DNA from: a virus
Strand: one strand, 5' to 3'
DNA: 64,000 bases
Virus record (IMG/VR): IMGVR_UViG_3300027772_000010
Location: 35,834-99,833 of that record
Shown: piece by piece, positions 7,626 through 17,233 of the stretch
Position numbering within the stretch: the first letter of the stretch is position 1
Layout: every line of letters starts with the position of its first letter
Position numbers and translations under genes: made by a program
The notes under the pieces: generated by a model
The model's database searches: none
Told to the model about the DNA's origin: nothing
What the model saw: the letters and a program-made list of their open reading frames with translations, nothing else

Positions 7626-8855
7626 ATGAAATTACCAATATTCTCAGACTCATTTATAGAGTTTTTAAACAACATTAAAAAAGAATCTAGAATTGCTAGA
7701 TTAATAATATCTGTCATTCAAATGCACAATGATGGTTTTAAGAATATGTTACCTAGAGTATTAACTAATGACAATGTTAATTATATTACATATAGATCTG
7801 ATGGTAACATATCATTTTTACCTACTGGAAAAGAACACGTTGTAAATGATGACAACACTTGGTCTAGAACTAATAGACAATCTGGCAAACCAGCTAAAAT
7901 AATTCGCAAATTATTCACAGACAAAATGTTATCATTACTTAATGAACAAGACTTTGAAATATTTAATAACTACTATAAATGTAAATTTAACACTACAGGA
8001 TATAGATTTGAATTATTAGATAATACTCAAATTGCTGAAGTTTATGATATGACTTTAGAAAATGGAAGTTCAAGTCTAAATAATTCTTGTATGAATGGTA
8101 AAAGTGATTGTTTAGATATTTACACTTATTGTAAAGACTTAAAAATTTTAGCTTTATTTAACCAAAACAATGAATTAGCAGGTAGAGCATTAGTATGGAC
8201 TATTATAGATGAAGAAATAGATGGATCAAAAATTATCTTAATGGATAGAGTTTATGTAACTCAGGACTATTTATATGATTTATTTATAGAACATGCTACA
8301 TCTAATAAATGGTGGTATAAACAAGATTATAAGTCTATGCATAGTAAAACTAGTTTTATTAATTCTGAAGGAAATGTTTTATATAGAAAGTTTAAAATAT
8401 ATACTGCTACAGATTTTGACACTTATCCTTATATAGATACTTTTCAATATGGTGATGATGGTTATTTAACAAACCAGCCTGATGGTAAATATGAATATTC
8501 TAGTACAGATGGTGAAAGATCTGGAGGTGATGTTTATGATGATATTACAGGTAATTATATAAGTCAAGATGATGCAGTAACAATAGAGTATGGTGAATAT
8601 GAAGGTGAAAGAACACATATAGATAATACTGTAATGGTTAATGATTCTTATTATTGGAAAGACAGTGAAGATTTATGTATTATTAATTATGAATACTATC
8701 TTAAAGAAGATTGTGTATATTCTGATTATGATGATGAATACTATTTAGAAGACGATTGTGTATATTCTGAATATCATAGCACACATATATTAATATCAGA
8801 TGCTTATGAAGTTGATGGTAACTATTATCATCAAGATATTGTAAACAAATTATAA
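7626..8855 (+). CDS. Conserved phage protein (SCM...GRALVW...DRVY...PYIDT) with an acidic Tyr-rich repeat tail
   Basis: Motif series recalled from phage proteins encoded next to M28-like peptidases; C-terminal DCVYS repeats. Confidence 0.6.
   Translation: MKLPIFSDSFIEFLNNIKKESRIARLIISVIQMHNDGFKNMLPRVLTNDNVNYITYRSDGNISFLPTGKEHVVNDDNTWSRTNRQSGKPAKIIRKLFTDKMLSLLNEQDFEIFNNYYKCKFNTTGYRFELLDNTQIAEVYDMTLENGSSSLNNSCMNGKSDCLDIYTYCKDLKILALFNQNNELAGRALVWTIIDEEIDGSKIILMDRVYVTQDYLYDLFIEHATSNKWWYKQDYKSMHSKTSFINSEGNVLYRKFKIYTATDFDTYPYIDTFQYGDDGYLTNQPDGKYEYSSTDGERSGGDVYDDITGNYISQDDAVTIEYGEYEGERTHIDNTVMVNDSYYWKDSEDLCIINYEYYLKEDCVYSDYDDEYYLEDDCVYSEYHSTHILISDAYEVDGNYYHQDIVNKL
8691..8775 (+). repeat. Imperfect 45-nt tandem repeat (EYYLxxDCVYS x2)
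   Basis: gaatactat...gattgtgtatattctga occurs twice. Confidence 0.7.
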
Positions 8856-8874
8856 ATTATTAAACAAAAAAATT

Positions 8875-9882
8875 ATGAACAGATTACAAGAATTAAAAAA
8901 TGTATTAAAAGTACAAACCTCTTCTTATGACCAATGGAGAATGTTTGCATTTATAATAAGATATATTACTAAATTTAACAATATTTCTTATTACACAGAT
9001 AATGGTAATGTATACATTACTAAAGGAAGTGCTAACTCTTACCCTTGTGTAGTAGCTCATATGGATACTGTTCACTCTATTGTAGAAGATTTATCATTAT
9101 TAACTATAAATGAGAACATTACAGGATTTAATAATGTTACTATGACTCAAACAGGTGTAGGGGGTGATGACAAAGTAGGTATATTTATAGCCTTACAATG
9201 TTTAAATCATTTTGACAATATTAAGTTAGTCTTTTTCAGAGATGAAGAAGTTGGTTGTCAGGGATCTTATCTAGCAGAAATAGACTTTTTTAACAATGTT
9301 AATTTTGTTTTACAATGTGATAGAAGAGGTAATAGTGATTTTATTGTTAATGCAGGAAGTGTAGAATTATCTAGTAAAGACTTTCAGAATGACATTATAA
9401 CTGTAATTAAAAAATATGGATATTCTTTTAATAATGGTATGATGACAGATGTTATGGCTTTAAAAGAAATTGGCTTACCTGTCTCTGCAGCTAATATTAG
9501 TTGTGGGTATTATAATCCTCATATGGAAAATGAGTATGTTAATATTCCAGATGTAATGAACTGTTTAGATATGGTTATAAATATTATTGCTAGTTTTGGA
9601 CATAAATCATACTATCATGTATACAATACAACAGTGTCTAAAAATAAAGACAAAAACTATAATTATAATTTTTTAAAAACTAATTATGGTATTTTAGAAG
9701 ATGATTATATTTTTGACACAACAGATTCTTATACATTTAACAAATCAGAAGAAATGGATTACAAAAAAGAATATTATTATTGTAAAAATTGCTTAACTTA
9801 TGAATATAAAAGTAGTTTACAAAATGATTTATGTGATTTTTGTATGGAATATGAAACTGAAAAAAACAATTATTTCCTTTAA
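8875..9882 (+). CDS. M28/M20-clan zinc peptidase
   Basis: AHMDTVH, GGDDKVG, DEEVG, DRRG and GYYNPH metal-ligand motifs. Confidence 0.8.
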   Translation: MNRLQELKNVLKVQTSSYDQWRMFAFIIRYITKFNNISYYTDNGNVYITKGSANSYPCVVAHMDTVHSIVEDLSLLTINENITGFNNVTMTQTGVGGDDKVGIFIALQCLNHFDNIKLVFFRDEEVGCQGSYLAEIDFFNNVNFVLQCDRRGNSDFIVNAGSVELSSKDFQNDIITVIKKYGYSFNNGMMTDVMALKEIGLPVSAANISCGYYNPHMENEYVNIPDVMNCLDMVINIIASFGHKSYYHVYNTTVSKNKDKNYNYNFLKTNYGILEDDYIFDTTDSYTFNKSEEMDYKKEYYYCKNCLTYEYKSSLQNDLCDFCMEYETEKNNYFL

Positions 9883-9892
9883 ATAACTAAAT

Positions 9893-10777
9893 ATGACTAA
9901 CAACGAAGAAATATTTAATCAAGGATTAGATATACTAAATAAATTTAAACTAAATTGGAACGTAACAAAATTACCTTTATTTTCTAATTTAGAAACTGAC
10001 ATTTTACCCACCAATTCTTTTGGTATTTTTAGAACAGATACAAATGAGTGGTTAGGAACTCATGGTAAAAATTATGTTCCTTTGCAAAACTTTGATTTAA
10101 TTAATACAGTATTAACTGCTTCACAAGACATTCAAGACTTTAATTTACAAGAAGTTAGAGCTGGAGTTTTTTTAAAAGGTAGAAAAGTGTATATTCAATT
10201 ACCATTAAGGAATGAAGAAATAGGTGCTTCTCAAGTTAAAAGATGGATTACAGCATTAAATTCTCATGATGGTAGTACAGCAGTAGCTTTTGGTTCACAA
10301 CAAACAGTAATTATTTGTGAAAATACTTTTTATAAAGCTTATAAAGAATTAAATAAAGTAAGACATAGCTTACATATGAATCAAAAATTAGAAGTTATGG
10401 TAGAAGATTTAAATGCTTCTTTACTATTAGATAAATTAATGGTAGATGAATTTAAGTCTTGGATTGATAAACCTATTACTACTAATCAAATAGATGCTGT
10501 ATTAAAGTCTATAGTATCATTAGATGATACACAAGATTTGGAAGACATAAGCACTCGTAAAAGCAATCAAATCAAAAAAATTAATGAATCTTTTGAAACA
10601 GAGTTTGCTACACAAGGAGAAAACTTGTGGGGATTATTTAATGGAGTAACTCGTTACACTAACCATAATATGTTTCCTAATAAAAGTCAAAATAGTATTC
10701 AAGAAAGCTTAATGCTTGGTCAAGCAGCTAAAATTAATGAAACTGCTTTTAATCAAATACATGCATTTGCAAATTAA
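9893..10777 (+). CDS. DUF932 family phage/plasmid protein
   Basis: RTDT..LG....Y.PLQN, GRKV, NSHDGS, ICEN.F, RH and LWGLFNGVT.Y..H motifs. Confidence 0.8.
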   Translation: MTNNEEIFNQGLDILNKFKLNWNVTKLPLFSNLETDILPTNSFGIFRTDTNEWLGTHGKNYVPLQNFDLINTVLTASQDIQDFNLQEVRAGVFLKGRKVYIQLPLRNEEIGASQVKRWITALNSHDGSTAVAFGSQQTVIICENTFYKAYKELNKVRHSLHMNQKLEVMVEDLNASLLLDKLMVDEFKSWIDKPITTNQIDAVLKSIVSLDDTQDLEDISTRKSNQIKKINESFETEFATQGENLWGLFNGVTRYTNHNMFPNKSQNSIQESLMLGQAAKINETAFNQIHAFAN

Positions 10778-10791
10778 TTTAAACTAATTAA

Positions 10792-10820
10792 AGTAGTGGG
10801 AGTAAAATCCCACTATTTTT
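10792..10820 (+). terminator. Intrinsic terminator
   Basis: AGTAGTGGGA-gtaaaa-TCCCACTATT plus T tract. Confidence 0.8.
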
Positions 10821-10852
10821 ATTTTATTAACAAAAAAATTTAAATTAAAATA

Positions 10853-11053
10853 ATGGAATTTAAAATCAAGGAAATAATTGAACAAATAAAATTACTTAAT
10901 GATACCGATTTTTACAAAGTTAATAATGTAATAGATGAACAAGATTTACATCCTGAAACAAAAAAATTAGCTAACTCTAATAGACGAATAATGACTTTAT
11001 TCACTCAGCTCTATTGGCAGATAAGACAGGAAAAGAATAGGTTTTTAAAGTAA
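10853..11053 (+). CDS. Hypothetical protein
   Basis: ORF track; A-rich leader. Confidence 0.65.
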   Translation: MEFKIKEIIEQIKLLNDTDFYKVNNVIDEQDLHPETKKLANSNRRIMTLFTQLYWQIRQEKNRFLK

Positions 11054-11080
11054 CTATTAAATATAAAAGTAACAAAAAAA

Positions 11081-11476
11081 ATGAAAAAATTAATTACATT
11101 ATGCATGCTTATAATAGCTATGCAATTAAATTCTCAAATGGTTAAGACAAACCATGGTTGGGATTATTACTCTAAACTATATTTATTTAAAGAATACGGA
11201 GAAAAGGCAATATATTTTTCAAGAGTATCAAAGTTATCATATAATGAGAATGATAATGGTCTAATGATAATATACACAGATGGCCAAACAGAAACACTTT
11301 ATTTAACTCAAGTTGAACCAATATTTACATCAAAAACTGATGCAGGACATAAGTATGATGTACATGAAATGTTAAATTATACAACATATACTGGATTGTA
11401 TCTTCAAATTATATTTGCTGAAAAGGTAGTAATGAGGTTATTTTACCCAAATGGATTTAGAGAGTATTCATATTAA
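11081..11476 (+). CDS. Secreted hypothetical protein
   Basis: MKKLITLCMLIIAMQLNSQ is a Bacteroidota-style signal peptide with Q at +1. Confidence 0.7.
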   Translation: MKKLITLCMLIIAMQLNSQMVKTNHGWDYYSKLYLFKEYGEKAIYFSRVSKLSYNENDNGLMIIYTDGQTETLYLTQVEPIFTSKTDAGHKYDVHEMLNYTTYTGLYLQIIFAEKVVMRLFYPNGFREYSY

Positions 11477-11499
11477 CTTAACAAATAAAAATTAAACAA

Positions 11500-11850
11500 A
11501 TGAAAGATTATTTAAAATTTAAATTACAAGGTGCTGCAGAAGCAATTATAAATCTACATGAAAATTTAGATCCTAAATTAAATGTAAAAGCCTTTGCTTA
11601 TTATAATAACTTATCAAAAACAATTGATGTTACACTATATTGGAATAGTGATTATAACATTGATATTAATGAAGAAGTAGAAATGAGTAAAGATTTTAAT
11701 GATATTCAAGACTTTAATGAATTTTGTTTTGAAATATGGAATTTTATTGATGAATTAGAAAAGACTAAATATGATTCAGAGTATTCTCCTAAACAAATTA
11801 AAAAAGAATTTGAGGAAGAAATGAAATCAGAGTATTTAAGAGGAAATTAA
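11500..11850 (+). CDS. Hypothetical protein
   Basis: ORF track. Confidence 0.7.
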   Translation: MKDYLKFKLQGAAEAIINLHENLDPKLNVKAFAYYNNLSKTIDVTLYWNSDYNIDINEEVEMSKDFNDIQDFNEFCFEIWNFIDELEKTKYDSEYSPKQIKKEFEEEMKSEYLRGN

Positions 11851-11860
11851 TAATAAAGAT

Positions 11861-12046
11861 ATGAATGAAGCAAAATTAAAAGCAAAAGAATTAGTTGACA
11901 AAATGTTACATTGTTATCAAGGTAATATTGATGAATATACTGCTAAACAATGTGCATTAATAGCAGTTGATGAAATATTAGATGCTTGCAAAACTTATTT
12001 ATCATCATATTATTTAGAAGTTAAAAAAGAAATAGAAAAATTATAA
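11861..12046 (+). CDS. Small conserved phage protein (KAKELVDK..AKQCALIAVDEI..EVKKEIEKL)
   Basis: Pattern recalled from Flavobacteria-type phages. Confidence 0.7.
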   Translation: MNEAKLKAKELVDKMLHCYQGNIDEYTAKQCALIAVDEILDACKTYLSSYYLEVKKEIEKL

Positions 12047-12049
12047 ATT

Positions 12050-12307
12050 ATGGTACCTAATGAATTATTAAATAAAATGTTAAATTTTGCAGAATCTATT
12101 ACTGACCAATTACAAAAAGCAAAGTTAATTAATGGAGCATACAATACATGGTATTTAAATACTTCTAAACAAAATCCTTATTCTTATAATGATATAAAAA
12201 AAGAAAAAGTTTATTATGATGGTACTACTCCAATTTATTATTGTAAAGAAAATACTGCAATAATAAAAAAATTAAACACTGCTACAAAAAGAAAGTTAAA
12301 ACAATAA
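12050..12307 (+). CDS. Hypothetical protein
   Basis: ORF track; tight packing. Confidence 0.65.
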   Translation: MVPNELLNKMLNFAESITDQLQKAKLINGAYNTWYLNTSKQNPYSYNDIKKEKVYYDGTTPIYYCKENTAIIKKLNTATKRKLKQ

Positions 12308-12317
12308 AATAAATTTT

Positions 12318-12509
12318 ATGAATTATATAATTATTAAAAAAATTAAAGATTTAAAATCAAATAAAGAATTACCAGTTATTCTTTTAGACACTCATGGAGA
12401 AGTATTAGAATATCATACAATTGAAGAAGCTGAAGAAATGAGAGCTAGATTTGAGGTTAATTCAGATTCAGGACATGTATACACAATTAAAAAAATTGGC
12501 ACAATTTAA
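12318..12509 (+). CDS. Hypothetical protein
   Basis: ORF track; tight packing. Confidence 0.65.
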   Translation: MNYIIIKKIKDLKSNKELPVILLDTHGEVLEYHTIEEAEEMRARFEVNSDSGHVYTIKKIGTI

Positions 12510-12515
12510 AAAATT

Positions 12516-12713
12516 ATGGAAATTAACATTAACTTATTAGAAGCTGCATCTGAATTAGCACATGAAGTTGTATGTGCAAAGTTTAACGATGATGACAATT
12601 TAATACACATGGAAGATGCTGATGGTATATATTATACAGAAAAAGCACAAAACTTATTTGACGAATGGTACGACCATTATTACAATTTATTATTAAACTT
12701 AAAAAATAATTAA
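12516..12713 (+). CDS. Hypothetical protein
   Basis: ORF track; tight packing. Confidence 0.65.
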   Translation: MEININLLEAASELAHEVVCAKFNDDDNLIHMEDADGIYYTEKAQNLFDEWYDHYYNLLLNLKNN

Positions 12714-12718
12714 AAATT

Positions 12719-13078
12719 ATGGGAAGATATTATAGTGGAGACATAGAAGGCAAATTTTGGTTTGCTTTACAAAGTAGTGATGCTGCTAGTAGATTTGGAG
12801 GACAACAATTTGAACCATCTTATATAGAATACTATTTTGATGAACAGCATTTAAAAGATGTAGAAGCTGAAATAAAAATTATAGAAGATTCTTTAGGAGA
12901 AAAGAAACAAATTTTAGATAATTTTTTTGATAAGCAAACAGGATATACTGATAAAGATATTACAGACCTTGGTATATCTAAAGACGAATTAAAAGAATAT
13001 GCAGATCTAGGATTAGGCATTAAAATTAGAGATTGTATTAATGCTCAAGGTACTTGTTCTTTTGAAGCAGAATTATAA
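12719..13078 (+). CDS. Hypothetical protein (MGRYYSGDIEGKFWF...)
   Basis: ORF track; protein-like sequence. Confidence 0.75.
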   Translation: MGRYYSGDIEGKFWFALQSSDAASRFGGQQFEPSYIEYYFDEQHLKDVEAEIKIIEDSLGEKKQILDNFFDKQTGYTDKDITDLGISKDELKEYADLGLGIKIRDCINAQGTCSFEAEL

Positions 13079-13098
13079 CAATTAAATAAATTACCAAT

Positions 13099-13290
13099 AT
13101 GAACTACAATGAATATTTATTCTCTTGTCTATTAAAAATATATGATAAGAAATTTGAAGAATTAGAATATGATTTGCAATATAAAAACATTGGGGAACTT
13201 TATTTACAGTTTGCAGAAAGTAAATTTAACATTAATACTAAAAGTGAGTATGAATGTATAATAGACTATCTAAAAAACAAAATAAATTAA
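13099..13290 (+). CDS. Hypothetical protein
   Basis: ORF track. Confidence 0.6.
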   Translation: MNYNEYLFSCLLKIYDKKFEELEYDLQYKNIGELYLQFAESKFNINTKSEYECIIDYLKNKIN

Positions 13291-13307
13291 ACAACTAAAT
13301 AAAATTT

Positions 13308-13952
13308 ATGACTTTAAAAAACTTATTAAATAAAACTAATCTTTATTATTATGATAAAGATACTTTAACTTTTAAAGTGGGTAAATGGGTATATGTATTA
13401 TATATTTCAATTATATTTAATTTAATTATTATCGGTAAATTATTAACTAATAACCTTGATATTAACTTTAAATATATTTCTACAGTAAAAATATTACAAA
13501 CAAAAAACCAAATTATCCAACATTTAGAAGTTAAAGATCAAGACACTGCAATTGAGTGGAAAGATTTTAGAAAAAGCTTACCTTTAACTATGTCTAAGCA
13601 AGAAGAAAATAAATTACATTCTTTATATTTTAAATATAAAGATTTAATTAATTCTCACCATTGTCCACATAACTTATTATGGTATATTGCATTCAAAGAA
13701 TCAAGATTAAATTTAAATGCTAAAAATTCTAGTTCTTCAGCTCAGGGTATGTTTCAGTTTATAAATGGAACTTGGAATGTTATGTGTAAGAAAGGAGGAA
13801 TGGATATATCTGGTAGGTTTAATGAAGCTAAACAAGTGAAGGTAATGTGCATTTATCTTGATTTTTTATTCGAAAAATATAAAAATTGGCAATTAGTACA
13901 TAAAGAATACACAGGTGGAGTTATACATTATAAACTACCTTATTACAAATAA
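13308..13952 (+). CDS. Membrane-anchored lytic transglycosylase (SLT/lysozyme-like)
   Basis: KESRLNLNAKN.SSSAQGMFQF..GTW carries the catalytic Glu and GxxQ motifs; N-terminal TM. Confidence 0.8.
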   Translation: MTLKNLLNKTNLYYYDKDTLTFKVGKWVYVLYISIIFNLIIIGKLLTNNLDINFKYISTVKILQTKNQIIQHLEVKDQDTAIEWKDFRKSLPLTMSKQEENKLHSLYFKYKDLINSHHCPHNLLWYIAFKESRLNLNAKNSSSSAQGMFQFINGTWNVMCKKGGMDISGRFNEAKQVKVMCIYLDFLFEKYKNWQLVHKEYTGGVIHYKLPYYK

Positions 13953-13988
13953 ATAAATTAACTATTAACAAATTAAATTATTAACATT

Positions 13989-14207
13989 ATGCATTACTAT
14001 TCAGAAAAATTAAAAAAAGACATTAGCTGTAAAGAAATTTTATCTTATGCAGATACTTATAGAGTTGGTTATGTAAAAGCCAAGTATGAGTTAAAAGTAA
14101 AAGAAGTTCCTACAATTAAACCAAAAAAAACTATTAGACATTTTTCTAAAAATGATATGTTATTATTGGCATTATATGGATTAAATATCTTAAAACTAGA
14201 AATTTAA
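13989..14207 (+). CDS. Hypothetical protein
   Basis: ORF track. Confidence 0.6.
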   Translation: MHYYSEKLKKDISCKEILSYADTYRVGYVKAKYELKVKEVPTIKPKKTIRHFSKNDMLLLALYGLNILKLEI

Positions 14208-14209
14208 TT

Positions 14210-14524
14210 ATGTATTATCTTGTAGAACTTTTTAACAATCAATCATTAAATAGACTTGTTAAAATAAAAACAAGTATAGATTTAATGGATTATATTAGCG
14301 AAGCAGATAAAGTAGTGGTGTTTTCTACAGTTATTTGCCCAAAAATCTTTGGCATATCTATACAAACTAAATCTGAAAAAGATTCTTTAATATTTGCAAA
14401 ATTATTAGAATATGCTTCAAAGAAAAATAACAAATCAAATGATATTATCGTGGATTTATTAATTAAAATTCATTATAATAAATTTTTACAAATCACAGAA
14501 AAAATAAATAATACAAATGCTTAA
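14210..14524 (+). CDS. Hypothetical protein
   Basis: ORF track. Confidence 0.6.
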   Translation: MYYLVELFNNQSLNRLVKIKTSIDLMDYISEADKVVVFSTVICPKIFGISIQTKSEKDSLIFAKLLEYASKKNNKSNDIIVDLLIKIHYNKFLQITEKINNTNA

Positions 14525-14723
14525 TTACTTTACAATAAAACCGTTTTTTATTAAAAATAATAAGGGATCTTTAGAAGAAATTACTAAAGGAACTTATTTA
14601 TTACAAGAAGACTTTGAACAATTAAAAAGAGAATTATCATTCTATAAAGAAAGTTTTGAGAGATTAAACTCTGAATTAGATGAATGTAAAATAATCTCTG
14701 ATTTATTAACTGCTAAGCTTTAA
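14517..14723 (+). CDS. Small coiled-coil protein
   Basis: ORF track; TAATG coupling to the helicase gene. Confidence 0.6.
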   Translation: MLNYFTIKPFFIKNNKGSLEEITKGTYLLQEDFEQLKRELSFYKESFERLNSELDECKIISDLLTAKL

Positions 14724-15763
14724 TGATAGATAATATTCAACAACAAGCAATTCAAGCCCACATATTAAACAATTGTAAATCTATTATTGGATTGTCTGTT
14801 GGTATGGGTAAGACAAAAATTGCAATAGATAGAATTTTTAGCATAAGGGAAACAAACCCTTGTGCTAAAATTTTATTTACAGGTGCCAGAGAAATTTATT
14901 CTACAAACTTTTTATCAGAATTAACAAAATGGAATTGTAGTAAAGAAAATATAGATATGATATGTAATAAGTCTTTACATAATTATATAAAACACTATGA
15001 TTTAATTATTTATGATGAAGCCCACAAAGAAACAACTAAAGTTTATTATGAATTATTAAAACTTATAAAAATTAATTCTAATATTGAAGTTATTGGATTA
15101 ACTGGAACACCATTATTAAACCATCCTATTTATAATATTTTACCTATTTCTTATAAATATTTAATGCATGATGCTATTGAAGAAAAAATGTTAAATAATT
15201 TTGAAATGTATATTTTAAAGTATGATTTACCTGAAGATGAAAAAGCATTGTATAAATATTATTATAAGAGGTATTTAAATGCTCCTATGGTTAAACATTA
15301 TTGTCCAGAATTAAATAAATTAAAGATTTTTTTAAATAATTTAAAAAGTAAAGTTAGTATAACAAATCAAATTATTGATAAAGAATTACAAGATAAAAAA
15401 ATATTAATTTATGCTGGATCTATAGAGCAAAGTAATTTATTTAATTTTCCTGTATATAATTCTTCTCTAGATAAAGAAGAGAAAATTAAAATATATGATA
15501 ATTTTTATAAATCAAAAAAAGAAAAGTTAGTAAATGTAGGTATTTTAAAAGAATCTGTTAGTATTCCTCATTTAAAATGTGGGTTTGTATTAGGAATAGA
15601 TAGTTCAACTTCTTCTAAGCAACAACTAATAGGTAGATTTTTAAGACTAACTGTAGATGATTTATCAAAAATTTTTTTTATTGTAGCAAAAGATACAGTA
15701 GAAGAAAAGTGGGTACTAAATGGTATGGAAAATTTTAAACAAATAAAAATAATTAATATTTAA
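14723..15763 (+). CDS. Superfamily 2 helicase
   Basis: VGMGKT, DEAH, LTGT and QLIGRFLR motifs. Confidence 0.85.
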   Translation: MIDNIQQQAIQAHILNNCKSIIGLSVGMGKTKIAIDRIFSIRETNPCAKILFTGAREIYSTNFLSELTKWNCSKENIDMICNKSLHNYIKHYDLIIYDEAHKETTKVYYELLKLIKINSNIEVIGLTGTPLLNHPIYNILPISYKYLMHDAIEEKMLNNFEMYILKYDLPEDEKALYKYYYKRYLNAPMVKHYCPELNKLKIFLNNLKSKVSITNQIIDKELQDKKILIYAGSIEQSNLFNFPVYNSSLDKEEKIKIYDNFYKSKKEKLVNVGILKESVSIPHLKCGFVLGIDSSTSSKQQLIGRFLRLTVDDLSKIFFIVAKDTVEEKWVLNGMENFKQIKIINI

Positions 15764-15765
15764 TT

Positions 15766-16641
15766 ATGACAACATTTAACAAAGAAACATCTAGATTAAG
15801 TTATTCTTCTTTAACTAGATTAATAAAAGAAGGTAAAGATTCTTTTCTAAATCCTGTTTATAGAAAATCTAATGCTTTAGAAAAAGGAACAGTTATAGAC
15901 AAAACAGTATTTAAAGAAGAATTTACAGAATTAATATTAGATATATTAATTCCTAAACCTCAACCAAAGTCTATTATAGATTACATTATTGATAATAAAA
16001 AAGAGTTTGACTTAGTTTCTGTAGAAGAAGCAAGCCAAGCAATGGAAGTTAAGTCTAAGAATTATCAAAAAATGTTAGATACAATCTTAGAATACCAAGA
16101 TTATATAGAATATTATAAAGATCCAAAAAATAAATTGTTAAAAACAAACTATGATTTAGGTCAAGAAATTGGAAATTATTTATTAAAAGATGAACAAGCT
16201 TTATATTTATTTTCTAGTGGCCAAGCTCAATTTGAATATAGTTTTAAATATAGAGACTTTAACATATTTATTAAATTAGATTATTTAAGAATAGATCATG
16301 TTAATAAAGAAATAATTGTAACAGATTTAAAATCTAGTAGTTATCCTCCAAAGTTTCCTGATAGTGTTAAAAAATATTTTTATCACTTACAAGGTAAACT
16401 CTATTTAATGGGTATAGAAGATTTTATGGAAAAAAATAATTATAGTAACTATACTTTAAGGCCTTTTCATTGGGTGGTATGTAATTCACTAAAAGTTGAT
16501 GAACCACTTATTTATCCTTTATCATATCGTGATGAAATAGAGGGTAAAGTATTAATTGATGATGCCTTAGATTTAATTGAAAAATATATTAAAAATGAAT
16601 GGAAAGATATTGAAGTATCCCCAGAAGCCCCAATTTTTTAA
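15766..16641 (+). CDS. PD-(D/E)XK exonuclease (RecE/Cas4-like)
   Basis: LSYSSL, KLD, DLKS and YHLQ..LY motifs. Confidence 0.75.
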   Translation: MTTFNKETSRLSYSSLTRLIKEGKDSFLNPVYRKSNALEKGTVIDKTVFKEEFTELILDILIPKPQPKSIIDYIIDNKKEFDLVSVEEASQAMEVKSKNYQKMLDTILEYQDYIEYYKDPKNKLLKTNYDLGQEIGNYLLKDEQALYLFSSGQAQFEYSFKYRDFNIFIKLDYLRIDHVNKEIIVTDLKSSSYPPKFPDSVKKYFYHLQGKLYLMGIEDFMEKNNYSNYTLRPFHWVVCNSLKVDEPLIYPLSYRDEIEGKVLIDDALDLIEKYIKNEWKDIEVSPEAPIF

Positions 16642-16660
16642 AGAATTAGAAGAGTTAAAA

Positions 16661-17233
16661 ATGACTCAGACTTCTTTATTTTTATTAAATCATATAAGTA
16701 TCTTTAAAAAAATAGCTAATAATTTGTCTATTTTAACATATTTTCATACTGAAAATTTAATTAATTCTTATTTATTTAATAAAGAGATTGAATATAATTA
16801 CTCTAGTAATGTTATTTATTTAGTATTTAAAAAAGATGTAAAATATAATAATAATATTCTTTATAATAAAAAGAAATTAACTATTTTAGAGGTCTTAGAA
16901 GAAATACCAGAAACTATTGATTATTATGAAGATGATATTGCGCATGTGTTTACTATTAAACCTGATAATGAAGACTTTGATAATCATATACAATTATTAA
17001 AAAAAGGATTATATTTAAATATGTCATTATTAACTTCTGTAGATACTGTTAGTGCATTTGTAAATAAATTAATTAGTAAGCAAGGTTTATATGAAATAAT
17101 GCAAGCAGAATTAAATGTAGAAGATATACCTTATCCTTTCTTAAAGCTTTCTAAAGAAAAAGAAACTTATAGTATAGATAATGCACAAGTAATTGATGCT
17201 AAAGATTTTCAAATATTAAAACAATTTATCTAA
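16661..17233 (+). CDS. Hypothetical protein of the replication module
   Basis: In-frame ATG at 16661 preferred over the overlapping TTG start. Confidence 0.7.
   Translation: MTQTSLFLLNHISIFKKIANNLSILTYFHTENLINSYLFNKEIEYNYSSNVIYLVFKKDVKYNNNILYNKKKLTILEVLEEIPETIDYYEDDIAHVFTIKPDNEDFDNHIQLLKKGLYLNMSLLTSVDTVSAFVNKLISKQGLYEIMQAELNVEDIPYPFLKLSKEKETYSIDNAQVIDAKDFQILKQFI

Noticed and set aside
16577-16660. Possible +1 frameshift fusion of the exonuclease to the next ORF at TTT-TAA
   Set aside because: A clean in-frame ATG at 16661 with an A-rich leader explains the downstream gene, and no stimulatory structure was seen
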